A stretch of 64,000 nt of DNA from the human T2T-CHM13v2.0 reference genome, Homo sapiens (GCF_009914755.1 NC_060937.1); one strand, 5' to 3'; numbered from the stretch's first letter, positions 29,510 through 44,257 are shown. Notes: generated from the letters alone by a model not told the origin. Program-made: numbers and translations.

Positions 29510-29840
29510 TGACAGCTCTTGCAGATTAGTCACTCCTTCCCCCAAATCACTTCTTCAGGACAGTGGCCTCAGTTCCTCCTAGAGTTCCTGATGCGACATG
29601 GTTTCATATCCCCTCTCTGCCCTGGATACTGCCCTCTGAAAGTGTTTTGACTTATCTATATTGCTCATCAAGTGTGGCACCCAGAACTGAATTTAGTTCT
29701 CCAGGCATGACCTTTCTGGTGGACCCCTCACCCACTCCATTCTAGATGGTGTCCTCTGTTCATGCACCCTAAGAGTGCACTAGGGTTTTGCCAACCACAT
29801 CACACCACTGATGTTACAACTATGTTGTCAGCACATGGAT
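29510..29840 (-). mobile_element. CR1/L3-like fragment
   Basis: AAGTGTGGCACCCAGAACTGAA...TCCAGG...GCACCCTAAGAGTGCACTAG...CCACATCACAC resembles antisense L3/CR1. Confidence 0.55.
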
Positions 29841-30648
29841 TCCAACCTGGGTATCCCAGCTTCTAAGTGGGACCCCTTTGCATTGAGTCACACACCCTGG
29901 AGGCTTCCAGGGCACCTGCTTAGTAGTAAAGATAGGTGTAAGCACATCTTTGCTGCTAACAGCTCCAGAATGAGCCACAGAAGTTCAACTGAAGATGCTG
30001 TCCTTTCCTGTGCCCCAGAGAGTACTGGTGAGACATTCTATCCTCCATGTGTAACCAGAAAGGACTCCAGCTGATCATGGACCACATTTCATTCCTTCCT
30101 GCTACCAGTCATAATCCCCATGGCACAGTTATTGCTTGCAGGAATAGAAAAACCAGCAATTCTCAACGAACTATGTGCTCTCCCAGGCCTCCCAACCCCC
30201 ATACTGTCCTTGCTGTTTGCCTACCTGGGGACAACATACAGGTGTCTAAACCCCTCCCAGAGTCACAGACAGCCCTGAGAACAGTAGGGGGACTTGACAT
30301 AGTGACATTCAATGCTTGAATAAGCAGCAAAAATTAGAGAAATTTCCAAGAGGAATGGAATCAGTAGGAGATACATCATTCACCACTTTTGATTGACTTT
30401 CCCACAGCATGAAAATTTCTCTTCTGCTATGAAAGAAAGTTTCCCTGACTCTTCCCCCACTTCCCTCACTGTATTTCCCTTTAAAATATCTCACAGGGTA
30501 GGTGAAACAGTCATTACAACATTAAAGCTCTGAAATGTTCATGGATACACATTAAACAATGGATCCCCGTAGCAAACTTACTCATGGTGAAAAATCCTGA
30601 TTAAGCTGGCCTTTGACTATAGATGCATGAATATAAGCATGCACACAT

Positions 30649-30651
<3 letters not shown>

Positions 30652-30683
<32 letters not shown>
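30652..30683. repeat. (CA)n microsatellite
   Basis: About 16 CA units read directly. Confidence 0.98.
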
Positions 30684-30686
<3 letters not shown>

Positions 30687-31774
30687 TGCATACACACCAA
30701 CTGTAAAACATCCAGGATAGGTTTTCTCTAGAACGAGGGCTTTGGCTGTGAGCAGTTCCCCATTAGTGGTAACCATTGCAAGATGACAATGATTCACCAT
30801 ATACCTCATTTAGAACAAAATAACTCCGATGAGGGTCCCAGAAGGATGCAGTTCATCCACTAAAAAAGTGCATCTAAACTCCTCAAGCATTCGTCTTCCC
30901 CCCCACCCCCATTAATTCTGGTTTCTGCCAGAAGCCAGCCTGCCTAATTCTCTTTATTGCCGTTAATATTAATAAAGATGGTGGGACTAATGAGAAGAAA
31001 ATGTGTTTCAGCACAGGGGAGACCATCCCCTGCTGCAGAACAGGGCTTCAGCATTCAGATTTCATTAGCATTAATGTGACTTCTGCCAGTGAAAGATTTG
31101 CACGTGGAGGCAGGACTCTGCTTAGACACACACATTGTTTTTCTCCCATTACATGGACATTTTTAAGGATATTCAAAATACAACACAAATTAGGCATGTC
31201 GCGAGGCTACAGAACACACTGTTGACTGTGAAAAATGTCAAGGTGGCAGTGGATAAGGAATTCGTGGCATGGCAGGTTCCTTCCCTGGGTGGCAGAAGTT
31301 TGAGTTTAGACACTCCCCAGGGATTTCCACTTGGTTTCACGGCTTGGAAAGAAGCTTGCCCATAATCCCTTGGCCTGAAAGAAACCAGATGGCCAGAAGG
31401 CAGTTCTCTGTTCTTTGCCTCCACAGACAGGAGAGGGAGAGGGATAATGGTCAGAAAGCCCATTCCAGGCCTGTGTTAGGGGTGAGAAAAGCCACAGGTG
31501 CCAGGCTCTCTGAGCACATGGCCAGAAATACCTCCCCAGGAAGCTCAACCAGGGCTCTGTAGCGTCACGCAGGCATAGTGAGATGAAGGCATGCTGCTTA
31601 TGGTAGCGTTCTTAAGGTCCACTGATGATGGTGCTGTTCTTTTATGTTGCTCCCTGCAATAGCATGCCTTTCTCAGAAAGAAAAGTAGTCAAGGCCTGCT
31701 TAGGCGGTGCCAGTGAGTGTGCGCATGAGATAGAATCTGCTTTGCTTCCTTCTTGGTGAGTTGCTGTGCTTCTC

Positions 31775-31777
<3 letters not shown>

Positions 31778-31823
<46 letters not shown>
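31778..31823. repeat. Compound (GT)n(AG)n microsatellite
   Basis: Read directly from the sequence. Confidence 0.98.
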
Positions 31824-31824
<1 letters not shown>

Positions 31825-33749
31825 CACATCAGTGGAGCTTAGTGATGGCAAGGGCTGGCTGAAGTGGCCAAGCCCCAAACCAATGAACCTGGGTTTACCA
31901 TTCACATCACTCCCTGAGTATCTGAGACTGGCCGTAATGTTGTTACATACATGCATGTGTGCACACAACTGAATGCACACACATGCAGAAACTGGGTAAG
32001 AAAAAGGGTCACTGTCATATTCTCTTGATCTTGGGGAGGACAGAAAACTCTAGGATAGGAATGAACAGAGCATAAGGATCCTTGGCCACCTAGGCCCATT
32101 CTCTTTCACTTAAGGCTGACCTGGTACATGCTCCGCAAGCTCACACACCTTTCCACGACAAACAGCATCACTAGCACACCAAAGGCAACAACAATGTCCA
32201 CTCCTTGGGTCTTTGGGTGCTAATAAGCTATCTCATTGATCAGAAGTCCCATATCACTTACACCTCGTAGTCCTAGATTTGTGAACTGCTAAACATCAGT
32301 TTTGCCCCTGTATCTGGAGACCCAAAAAAGCTGGAAGGAAAAAGTAGCATTGAATCCATCCCTTTTCTTGAATAAACAATTATTTCACACACAAAAAGAA
32401 GAAGACAAAATCTTCTCCAGCAGCATTCTACCAAGCTGTGCAGTTTTACCATTGACCTAGATAACCTGAGTTTCCTGGAAAATTCCAGATGGACTATACC
32501 AAATAATACAAAAACACATTCACATTATCCCAATAGATAGATTTTGTGAAATAAAAGTGTATTCATTTTTCTTTAACATCATTAAAATATTAATTTAAAT
32601 TTCAATTCTTCTCTACTCATTGTTAAAAGCTGACACAAGTATACTGGATGAACTCTATTTCAGCTCTATTCTTACAAAGTAAGAGGCACGTGAAAACCAA
32701 AGTAAAAAGGACTCTGTTTTCCACTTGTGCCTGTTTCAGAAAAGTCAGCATTTAAAACAGTTGTCTGGAAAATCCAGTCCTGAAACCAGGAAGGTATCTC
32801 TCTCTGAGTCTAGTTTAGTATCAAGACAGGCCCTACGAGCAGAAAATAAGTTAAAAATTCAAAAAAAAAAAAAACAAATCAATTTGCCATCTTTTTACTG
32901 GTAGATATTTTTTATGACATTCAGCAATTTAAACTAGTCTCTGTAAGTCAACATCTACTCAAGTTACGGTCTAAAATCTTAAGTGTCTGTGCTCAGAGCT
33001 AGTTGAATTCTTCTCAACAGAGAAAGTGAATTCCCCACTCCTCAGTTCTCCCTTCCCAAAATGGGCCACTTAATTGAGTCCTTTGGAGACATCACAGTGC
33101 AAGAAACTCCCCAAAGAAAAAAATGCCCAAGGACTTGAAAAGAGAAAGAATTTCACACTTGCTAGCCCAGCATAACCACCCACCCTTGAATGTCAGTAAA
33201 TGAAGAAGCCAAAAATGGCTCTTTAACAGACATCCCCAGGGAGGGTAAGGTTGTGTCTGCAGCCAGAAATGTTGCTTCCTTTGGTCTAAGTCAGTAATAT
33301 TCAGATCACAGCTCTCCAGCTGCAAGCAGATCTGTTCAGATGCAAACTGTGGCTGGTGAAGCCCCCACTCCCTTTCTCTTCTGAAATATGTTTCACCTCT
33401 TTTTCCAGGGTAGGACCAAGTGATGCTTTCATTCAATGGTAATTATAAATATGACTCTTGGCACATTTAACTGTAAGAGTCATTGCTATGAGACCAGATT
33501 TAGCTACTCTAATATAAGAATGACTTTCACTCTCATCTTATCCGGGCCTCTTAGCAAACCAGAACCTAAGCTAGTTATTGGACCACTGGCCATGATGGGA
33601 TGAGGGAATGAAATGTCTTACTCCCTTCCTATCCTGTTCATACCAGCTTCCTCACAGAATGAGATTTTTTTAAGAAGGGAATAATCTCACACGAGCTACT
33701 ATAAACCAGGTAGCTCAGGACTTTCTGGTCATCTGCACTGACACTGTCC

Positions 33750-33875
33750 CAGCTGAGATTCAGAATAGTTAAGTAACGTGTCAGAGGTCACTCAGCAATA
33801 AATACCAAAGCCATGGCTCCAACCCGATTCTGTTGTGCTCCAAAGTGCATGACCTTTCCACCATGTTGTGCTGCC
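33750..33875 (-). mobile_element. MIR fragment
   Basis: GTTAAGTAAC...AGGTCACTCAGC...TCCAAAGTGCATGACCTTTCCACCATGTTGTGCTGCCT. Confidence 0.7.
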
Positions 33876-33904
33876 TGACGGTTTTCTTAAGATTCTCAGG
33901 GACT

Positions 33905-34322
33905 ATGGCAGTTAAGGTAGCATGAACTACTATAACAAAAAGCCCAAAACTATATAACAGCTCAAACAGGATAGAAGTTTGTTTCTTGTACACATGAAGT
34001 CTGAAATGAATATTCCTAATAGGAAGCCTCTTAAGTAGTGATTTGGGACCCAGGCTCATTTTTCCACCCTGTGGCTCTGCCGTGTCAAATCAGGGCTTTC
34101 ATGGTGGTCGTACCCATCTTCATCAAGAAGGTGGGAGGGGAAGGGCATGGTGGGCCATTTGCAGATTGTTCCTTCATGGAAACCACACACATCATTTCTG
34201 CCCACATCCCTTTGTCTGGAAGTCAATCTCATGGGCTCTACCTTTTGAGAAACATACTTCATCCATGTGCCTGAGAAAAAGAGGAACATGGTTTGGTGAA
34301 AAGCAAATCAATCGTTGTCACA
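33905..34322 (-). mobile_element. MLT1J-like LTR
   Basis: TATAACAAAAAGCCCAAAA...AACAGGATAGAAGTTTGTTTCT...TCTGCCCACATCCC...GAAAAAGAGGAACATGGTTTGGTGA...TGTCACA. Confidence 0.75.
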
Positions 34323-34338
34323 GGAGCTAAAGAATTCA

Positions 34339-34560
<222 letters not shown>

Positions 34561-34743
34561 TCAACAAAAGCTGTGGCATAAATTATTTGTGTTTTAAATG
34601 AAAATATATGGAGTTGTGTATATTAACTAAAATTAAGATTTGAAAACATTCTTAAGCCAGGCCCTATGATCAGTAAGTGTTTTAAATATTCAAAAGAAGA
34701 TACAAATTAATATTCAAAAGGAGATACAGTCTTTCTATTAGTG

Positions 34744-35088
34744 CAGGAGGCCCCAACCCTCAGGCCACAGATGGGTACTGGTCTGTGGTTTGTTAGGAAC
34801 CAGGCCGCACAGCAGGAAGTGAGCGGCAGATGAGCGAGCATTACCGCCTGAGCTCTGCCTCCTGTCAGATCAGCAGCAGTATTAGATTCTCATAGAAGTA
34901 TGAACCCTATTGTGAACTGTGCATGTGAGGGATCTAGCTTCCATGCTCCTTATGAGAATCTAATGCCTGATGATCTGAGGTGAAACAGTTTCATCCTGAA
35001 ACCATCCCCCTCACCCTCCCCTCGGTTCATGGAAAAAATTGTCTTCCATGAAACCAGTCCCTGGTGCCAAAATGGTTGGGGACCACTG
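34744..35088 (+). mobile_element. MER1B-like hAT-Charlie element
   Basis: CAGGAGGCCCCAACC...GGTTGGGGACCACTG termini; perfect 8-bp TSD TATTAGTG at 34736-34743 and 35089-35096. Confidence 0.95.
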
Positions 35089-35179
35089 TATTAGTGGATA
35101 TGTTTTGACATGTAGCAATATAGTCAACCTCTAAAAGTCAACAACTACTAAAGATGGAGTCCTTACAACAACTACTAAA

Positions 35180-35516
<337 letters not shown>

Positions 35517-36722
35517 TCAGCATTGTACCATCAATAAGAAGCTGAGGCTGACCCTGAAAATCACCTTGCAGCTTAGATAGACCTTGTTGTTTCAACAGAA
35601 GAGATGTGCATCCCTGAACCCACAAAACCAAAAGCTTGCTCTGTGGACAAGGTAAACTCTGGTTCTTTAATGTTACTGGCAGCAAAGTACACAACTAACC
35701 AAGTAACCCTTGGCCATCCTTAGAGCATAAATAGCTGAGATGTTATCTACATCTGCCCACACCCATTTCGCCAATGATGACTTCTCCCTTGATACCCTCT
35801 TCAGCAGCAAGAGAGGGAAAAAGTTCAAATGATGACAGTGGCAATGGCCTAAGCACGTTTCTCCAGGCATGAGCTGGGCAGTGACCAAGAAAGAGCAAAC
35901 TGCATCCCCTCCATCCCTGAGCCACTGTGACCTGTTCACCAGCTCTGTTCAAACTATCCAGGTACATACAGCAGTATTTGGAAACTGAAGCTCTGAGCAC
36001 TCTGAAAAATTAACTGCACTAGCTGTTTGCATTCTCAAATACACTTTGAGCAGATAAAAGTGAGTTGCCTGAAGCAGGAAAACATTGACTTTCTTTTTCT
36101 GGTTTGCTAGATATGGTTCAAGAAAATGTCTCTTCTCCTCTGTTAGCAGTCCTTCCTCTCCTCACCCTTATTTTAGCTTTCTTCTTGACCTGCAGGAAAT
36201 CAGAAGGAGGTGAACCAGAACTTAGCATAGAGCCTGCATATGTTAAGTGCTTGTTTCGATTCCACACATGTGTATTCAGCACCATATATACAGGGCAATG
36301 TATGCAGTATTGGGACCACAACGTGGTCCTACTGTCAAGGAGACCCTGCTGTTTCTGAGAAAGCCAAGATGTGTATTCTTTTCCTGCATATTGCAGAAAG
36401 TCAGAGACTGTTTGCTGCATCAATGAATAAACGACCAGGCCCTGTAGTGGAATTGTACCATAAGGAGAGGCCCCCAGCCTTTTCTAAAAGTAAAGAGCAG
36501 ATTAATTTTGCTTGGTTGTTGACCTATTTCCTTTAGTATAATAGGTAGATTGACTATAGTAGGGCGATGGATAGATTCCCTTAAAGAGTGAAGTTTTCAT
36601 TTAGCACCCCCATCCAGTCAAAATTGCTCTTGAATGAATTCCTGATTTTCTTGAAAGAAAGAAAAATCCTACACAGAAGCACGTTAGAATAGAATTCAGG
36701 ATAAATAAGAAGACCCCCAAGG

Positions 36723-36815
36723 TCAGCATTTCCCAAAGAGTGTTCCAGGGAACATGGGTACCAAGGTGTTCTATGAAAGAAAAATTCAGTTGCCTAGTTA
36801 GTTTGGGAAGCAATG
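36723..36815. mobile_element. Possible hAT-Charlie MITE fragment
   Basis: Imperfect terminal inverted repeats CAGCATTTCCCAAA / TTTGGGAAGCAATG. Confidence 0.45.
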
Positions 36816-37755
36816 CATATTCTATTTCCCTTTTAGAAAGTCACAAAGCAAATTGATATATTCAAAATTCTGGAAAGACCCACAGTAAAGAATCCTTATA
36901 ACTGTGTAACCTAGTTTTCTCCAAATATACTGGAACACAGAAAACTTTTTTGTACATAATACTTACCAACATTTCTTTAACGTGTATACCATGAAGTCAA
37001 CTTTGGCAAAAAGTCTCCTCAATCCATAAGGCCTGTGCCCACCTGGCATACAGGTGTGAAAGAGGTAGCTGGGGCTGAGAGAACTCCACAGAGCCTTTAT
37101 GAAAGGCGGTGAGGGACTGCAGAGACCCCGTGAAGACAAGAGAGCAGAAACCAAAGATGAGCTTGGAGTGAGACTCGCTGGACGCACACAGCGGCACAAA
37201 AGGGACAGCCTGATGACCTCTGACAGCTGGCACCTATAGGTTAATCCTGTTTCAGATTTTGGCTTCTCAGGGTTTCACCTCCCTCAGTTTGCCAATGTTA
37301 TTCATATCATTGACATGTTTTTCAGAAGATTTGCCATCCCAAGAAGGAAGTCACAGAAATTTAAAATACAAATAAATTGTGAAGAACCCAGCCCATAGTG
37401 TGCGAACGGAAAGTGAAGCCGCGCTGTGATGGGTGGATGGAACTTTAAGCCAGCTGTTGTTCTATCTTGCCCATAGCTCTGGAACAGGCAGCAAGTAATT
37501 TAACTCCATGGACCTCATTTATCACACTGGGAAAGGTGGGGGAAGCACATGAGCTCCAATGAGGCCAGGAGCCGAGCTGAGCACCGCACAGAAATTCTCC
37601 TAGTTACTCCTTACAACTCATTGGTTGTGTGTCAGCTCACAAAAACATGAAGACTCTGCGGCTCAGAACGCCACAGCTCCACCCCTACCCCAAGGCCACC
37701 CAAAAATTAAGAGCAGAAATGTAAGCCTATGTCTGTCCAACTCTGAAACTCCTAA

Positions 37756-38018
<263 letters not shown>

Positions 38019-38459
38019 TGTCTCTTTTATCTCTGATAGTCTCACCTTAAAATTATGAGAGGTTTTGAGAATTTTCACTGAAAAGGGTAGGTGAGAACAA
38101 TATTGCAAGAATTTCCCCATTAGAAAATCTGATACAATGCTGATCAAAAGCACAAAAAAAATAGGAAAAACTGTTGCATATTCACTAATATTTGGCTTTC
38201 TTTAGTTCATTTCTGTAAAGTGTAAATACAACGTAAAAAAAATACAGTTTTTAAAATTCCTACTCTACTTCAAGCCTGTGAAAACTATTAGATGGTTTTT
38301 AGGTTACTGTTAACAGTCAATAAAAATATTATTGTCAAATAAAAATTCATTTCATATCTCATCATACATTTCAATACCTTTTGTAATAGTGCTAAATCAT
38401 TATACAATGCATGAAATTCATTTCTCTTCTAATACATTCTACTATAAAATTAAACAGGA

Positions 38460-38753
38460 GGCTGGGCAAGGTGGCTCATGCCTGTAATCTCAGAGCTTTG
38501 GGAGGCTGAGGTGGGAGGATTGTTTGAGGAGAAGAGTTCAAGACCAACCTGGGCATCATAGTAAGACCACCATCTCTACAAAAATTTTAAAATTAGCTAG
38601 ATGTGGTGGCATTCATCTGTAATCCTAGCTACTTAGGAGGCTAAGGTGGGAGGATTGCTGGAGCCCAGGAGTTTGAGGTTACAGTGAGCTATGAATGTGC
38701 CACTGCACTCCAGCCTGGGCAACAGAGCAAGACCCTTCTCTTAAAAAAAAAAA
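38460..38753 (+). mobile_element. Alu (AluJ-like)
   Basis: GGAGGATTGCT...GAGCCCAGGAGTTTGAGG...GTGAGCTATGA J-type diagnostics; poly-A. Confidence 0.97.
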
Positions 38754-40424
38754 TGTTAAACTGGGAAAAATAGTGGCAAATCAGACCTGGAGAACTCACG
38801 ATGCATGAAAAGTTGCTCAGTCCAGAACAAAGGGCAAACACATATGGTAGCTGGTCTGGTTGTATTGCTTAGTTTATTGATCAGCATCATTTTGGACAGT
38901 CACTGGGTCCCTCTGAAACCTAAAGATATCCAGTGAGTCCCCTTGACCAAGAAGCCATTCCCTCTACAGAGCAAGAGAGTTTCTTAGACAGAGACACCCA
39001 TTTTAAGTATGAAGGCTTTTACCCTGAACCGTATTTTATTCAAGATGCTTGCTAATTTACTTGGAGACTTTTCCCAGGGTTTATTGCCTAAACCTTCATG
39101 TGTGTGTGTGGTGTGTGTGTGTACTAATGTGTACGGGTGTATATGGATGTGACAGCTCTTTACAATTTTGGGGTTCCTCCCCCATTGCACAAATTCATTC
39201 TGGAAATGACTTTGGCTACTTCATTTTCATACCCTGAAATGTAAGTACACTAAGACTTCTGACTTGAATACCCTTAACCCATTTGAAACATCATCCACCA
39301 CCCTCCGAGCCTTCTGTCCTATTTCCTGTTCTTTTTTTTTTTAAGTATAGAAGGTTTTTAAAGGGACATCAAACATCTCTGTTCGGTGGATGGCATTATT
39401 ATCAGCTCTTCATCCCTGCCTCATAAAGAACAGAGGTCACATTTTGTTGTGCCTGCTCACGGCGCTGTTTGACTTTGGCAAGTGGTGTCTTGTGAACTGC
39501 TTTTGCTAGTTTGACCTTAATTCTTCCACGTCTTTGTCACCGCAGTGTATGCTCCTTGGGAGTCTGCCCCAGTTTCCTTTTCTTTTTGCTGAATTCACAT
39601 TTTTATTTCATCTTTCTCCTACATGAACTTGTTTTCTTCCTCCTCTCTCAGCTTTCATTGAGCCCAAAGAAAGTATCTTATTGTGTTCTTCTATTTTATT
39701 CTCCTTTGAAAAAAAAAAAAAAAACCCTCCAGGAATTCAGAACCCCTTTGCTGCTTATGCCCCCATGCTCTGGAGATTTTCTTGGAATTTAGATAAACTT
39801 ATTAAAGTCCATTTTGTTAACATCCGTTTGCTGAAACCAACAGTTAAATCTGTCAGCACTGACGTCAATAATCTTCCAAAAGAAAGAGGTGAATATCACA
39901 GTTCCTCATGTCTAGAAAGTGATCACCTAAGACCTGGAACAGTTATAATTTTTTAAATCTGACTGCCCTTAAATTCATATTTCAATTATTCTTTTGTCAT
40001 TCTATTAAGCATTGATTTGAACTAGAATTATCTATCTAGTTCACAGGCTAAATTCTCTTTAGCCCTTTGGCAACGGCTCCCTGACCTCTGCTATTACTGA
40101 CTTATACTCTAGAGAAAGCACCCCTGCTTCTGTTCAGCATCTACTGGTCTCAGAATAGTGGGCCCGAAAAGCAGGCACATATTTTCCAAGACAGCTCAGA
40201 AAACCACTTTCACTTTCAGGAAACAAGCTTGATCATTATACTCCACGGAGCCGAGAGCCACATACAATTAACTACTTAACAAATACCTCTGATTAGGATT
40301 TTAAAGATTCCTGAGCAGAAGGAAAGAGTGGAGCAAATAAAAGAGATTGGCAGAAGAGATAGTCCCATGATCAGGATGACAGAAATACACAGAGATAGAA
40401 TCTTAGGCCCATTCCCGTAAAAAA

Positions 40425-40635
40425 CGTAACGGCTAACATTTCTAAGAGAGATACTTTGTGCCGCAGACAGCCCTAAGCCATGTATGTGGATCAGCTGCTC
40501 TCAATGGCCCCATGAGCAAGGTAAGATTATCATTCCTTCTTTACAAAGGAGGAAGCTGAGACACAGTAAGGTTCATAACTAGCCTCACGTTCAGCTAGAA
40601 GGTGGCTTTTAAACTGCAGAGCCGTAGTGCTTGCT
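40425..40635 (-). mobile_element. MIR
   Basis: GCTAACATTT...ATTATCATTCC...TTTACAAAGGAGGAAGCTGAGACACAG. Confidence 0.75.
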
Positions 40636-41242
40636 GCTGCAGCTCCTGAGGACACCTGTTCCATGAGGCCTGGAGCTCTCTCATAAGGAATCTTACCTGC
40701 ATGTTTTCCCCCCACCGGCCCCTCCTCCAAGGCCTTTCCTGCTCCCACGCCTTCTCTGTGTTCCTGACAAGCTTCAGCCCTGGATCTTAGACTTCCAGGC
40801 AGTCTACCACTTCTGGCACCACCTCTCCTTGCCTATCATGGGCCCCCTTTACTCTATGTTATTATTGGAGAAAAGCCACCATGCAAGATCCAGGGCCCTT
40901 TCCAGCTCTGAGGTCTTTCTTGGAAATCCAGCTCTCCAAGACACCTTGCTAAGGGTCAAAGCCATCCCTAGGGTGTACAGAATTAGGCAAGAAGCCACAC
41001 ACCAGTGGCTCAGTAACTAGAGGGACATGTTTACAGCAGCCAGCAGGGGCTAAATCCTCAGATTCAGATACAGCCAGTTCCACAAATTCAACTGCACCAA
41101 AACTGGACCATGAGGCACTGCTCAGTAGCACAAAATTGAAACCAATGCAATCAGCTCTTGGCTGCCAGACCCCTGGAACTGACCAATTGGCTGTGTAGGC
41201 TCAGCCCTGTCATCTGCTCCACCTCCAAATAACTGACCCTGA

Positions 41243-41467
<225 letters not shown>

Positions 41468-44226
41468 TAATGAAGTTTAAAGAGGCTCAGAGACTAGCCC
41501 TGGGTCACTCGGGGACAAGTAACTTGTTGACATGGGATTGAGACCCAGGGTCACCAGCCCCAAGAATCATGCTGGCAACATTTACTCGGGTGTTTTGGAG
41601 CATCTTTCTAACACATTCTGGTAATATGGGACAACACTATAGATGGAAATCTCTTGTTCTAATGGTTCCTTTTAATTGAAGTGTTTCAATTTTCTGTGGA
41701 TAAAGGAGGCAATTGGCCATCCCAGGCTGTTTTCTGCTCCCATTTCCCCTCTTTGCCCCCATAGGCAATGTCAACTCCTCAAACAGCCTCCCAGGTCAGA
41801 AGGGCATCAGAGCCCATCAAACTCCAAGGGAAGGAGAAGGCTGTAGGAAAGAAAAGGAAAGTAGGTGAAGAAAACATGCTCATTTTATTGTGCGAAAGGG
41901 GAATTGCCAACGTAACATTCTGCTTTTCTGAGTGAGCATTTTGATCATCTTAGATGGACTGGAGCAAGCCAGGTTTCATTGATAAAAATCGCAACAGCCT
42001 CCTCCTGAGGGATATGGAATATCTCAAGCTATTTGTGAGATTCTATCACTATCAGATTTCTCTGTGCCCAGTGGGAATGAAAGTCTAAAACGCATTCCTG
42101 TCTCTGTCTCTCAAATAAACATTTTCCAAACATCCAAGAAACAGAGCATGTTAAGATCTTAAACTAGAGAATCCCATGAATGCTGTCTGCCCAAGACCGA
42201 GGAACAAGATCTATGTAAAAAGGGGGAAAGGGATTACTCCCCAAACAGGAGATTTTAGACACTATTAGAGGTCTTGAGGCATACCTAAACATATGAGCCA
42301 AACGGCGTCATAGGAAAAAAGGCTTCTGCTAGAAAGTACTTGCAGGCCATAACAAATTAGGTGATTCCCGTGAAAGAGATTAACCTTTGGTATCAAGTTG
42401 ATTGAAGTCTCAGATGGCACTAGCCGCTGGCCATTCATCCCATCTCGTACTCAGAGGGTGCCAGCACTGACAGGCTCTGGAGGTCAGACCAGGGCAGGAC
42501 ACAGGTGGAAGCCTGCCAAGGCTTACCAAAAGGCTGGCAAGCAACTCGATATGGGAACTGGAGCTTTCCTTTTGAGTTTCCTGAGCCCTGGGCCTGTAAG
42601 TATCCTTTGCAGATAAAGGGTCCTAACCATTAAATGCATACCAACATGTTTTCACCATCACAGATAATGGCTTCACCATCTAAATGCTTTTAAAAATTAG
42701 CATGATGTTGTGGCTCCTTGTCCTTACTAAGGAGTTTATACCAGGAAAAAAGTGTGGTAATAACTGTGTACATACAGATGTCCTTTGACATAATGGGCCA
42801 ATTCCATCAGTTTAATATTATACAGTAGTTCCCAAATCGCACTGAATAAAGGTGAGAGAGGCTGGCTATGAAGAATCACATCAATACGATCTTTGAGGCA
42901 GATTTGGCCCTGTTATCTATGTGCAAACATGAACACAGAGTCTTCTAAATTTTGCTTTTGTTTGATTGCCTTCCTATAAAGAAAAAAATTATCCAACATG
43001 ATTAACCTTTGTTTGTAAAAATATATAAATAAATAAATTTTCCCTCGCTTTTGCTAAATAGTTAGAAGAGTAAGTTTGCAAATTAACACTTTAGCAAGAC
43101 TCTGAATCAATCTCAAAGAAGGCTCTACTTAAGGATGGTTCTAATACATCTCAAGTCCAATGTGTGGTTGATTCCCTGCCATATGCTCTGAGTTTTATCA
43201 GGCTCAATGAGAAATACCAGTGCTTGCTACACAGAGATTTCTAATGCACCCTCACTTCTGGCAATAGTCTGGAATTTACTTCAGTTGATTTAAAGAATTT
43301 GTGAACAAGAATTTTATCTGAATTGTCATCACCTTGGAGCAACTGGTCAGGCTGAAAAGGTGTCCTGAATGGGGCTAGACACGTCAGCGAGACCTGCCAG
43401 GTGTCTCGTCACTCAGCACGGCCACTTCCTAATAGTAACAGGATCAGCCCTGGGGACTTGCTGATGGGCAGCATGGCAGGATGACCCCAGCCATCTCCAC
43501 ATGCACTCTGATAAGGACTGGCAGGTTAAATAAGGGCATATGCTGCATGCTGCTCCATCAGCACCTCCACTTGGCTCCTTCTCAGCCCAGGAGTTAGAAT
43601 TTGTTGATGTAACCCACACCATGGGAAGAATGAAAACTCAAGCAGCAAAGCCCGTGTTAAGATGCCTTTTGTCGGGAAAAAAAAAAAAAGGCAGTTTATG
43701 CCTCCAGCTGCTGCATTCAGGGACCAGTTAACAATGGGAGACAGCAGAGAGAGCTGGGTAAAGATGGGAACAACACAGAGGAAAGGGTTTGTGAGCAACT
43801 GGGAAACATCTTCTTGTCATCTTCAGCCCAGTGACATCTTTCCCTGCAGCAGAAAATGAGAAGGGTTAAACACCCCCTCTCGTTAATGCTGTAACAGGCA
43901 TCCACAGGCATCACATGGACATTTTATAGAGTGCATTTACATGGCATGGGATCTCCTGACTCCCACTTTGACACCAACTAGTGCAATGGTAAATGGGAAA
44001 AAAATGATAAGCGCTACAAAAAATGATGAAGATGAGTCAGGGCAGGAAAACGCTGCCTGAATTCCGAATAACTACAGGCACAGGTCAGGAATGTGTAGTA
44101 TACCAGCTCCAATACAGTGAGCTTAACTGTGATTAGGCACAAGGGTCCATGGATCAGGGGAGACTCAGAGGAGTAAAGGTGCATCTGATAAGCCAAAAAG
44201 GGACACCTTCTCTACCACCCCACCTA

Positions 44227-44228
<2 letters not shown>

Positions 44229-44257
<29 letters not shown>
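44229..44257. repeat. (GT)n microsatellite
   Basis: About 14 units read directly. Confidence 0.98.

Noticed and set aside
34709-34723. 15-mer AATATTCAAAAGGAG shared with the hairpin arm at 9394-9408
   Set aside because: A 15-nt AT-rich match somewhere within 64 kb is expected by chance, and the flanks do not align
44020-44062. Box C (ATGATGA) and box D (CTGA) pair
   Set aside because: Only about 40 nt apart with no terminal stem, too short for a C/D snoRNA
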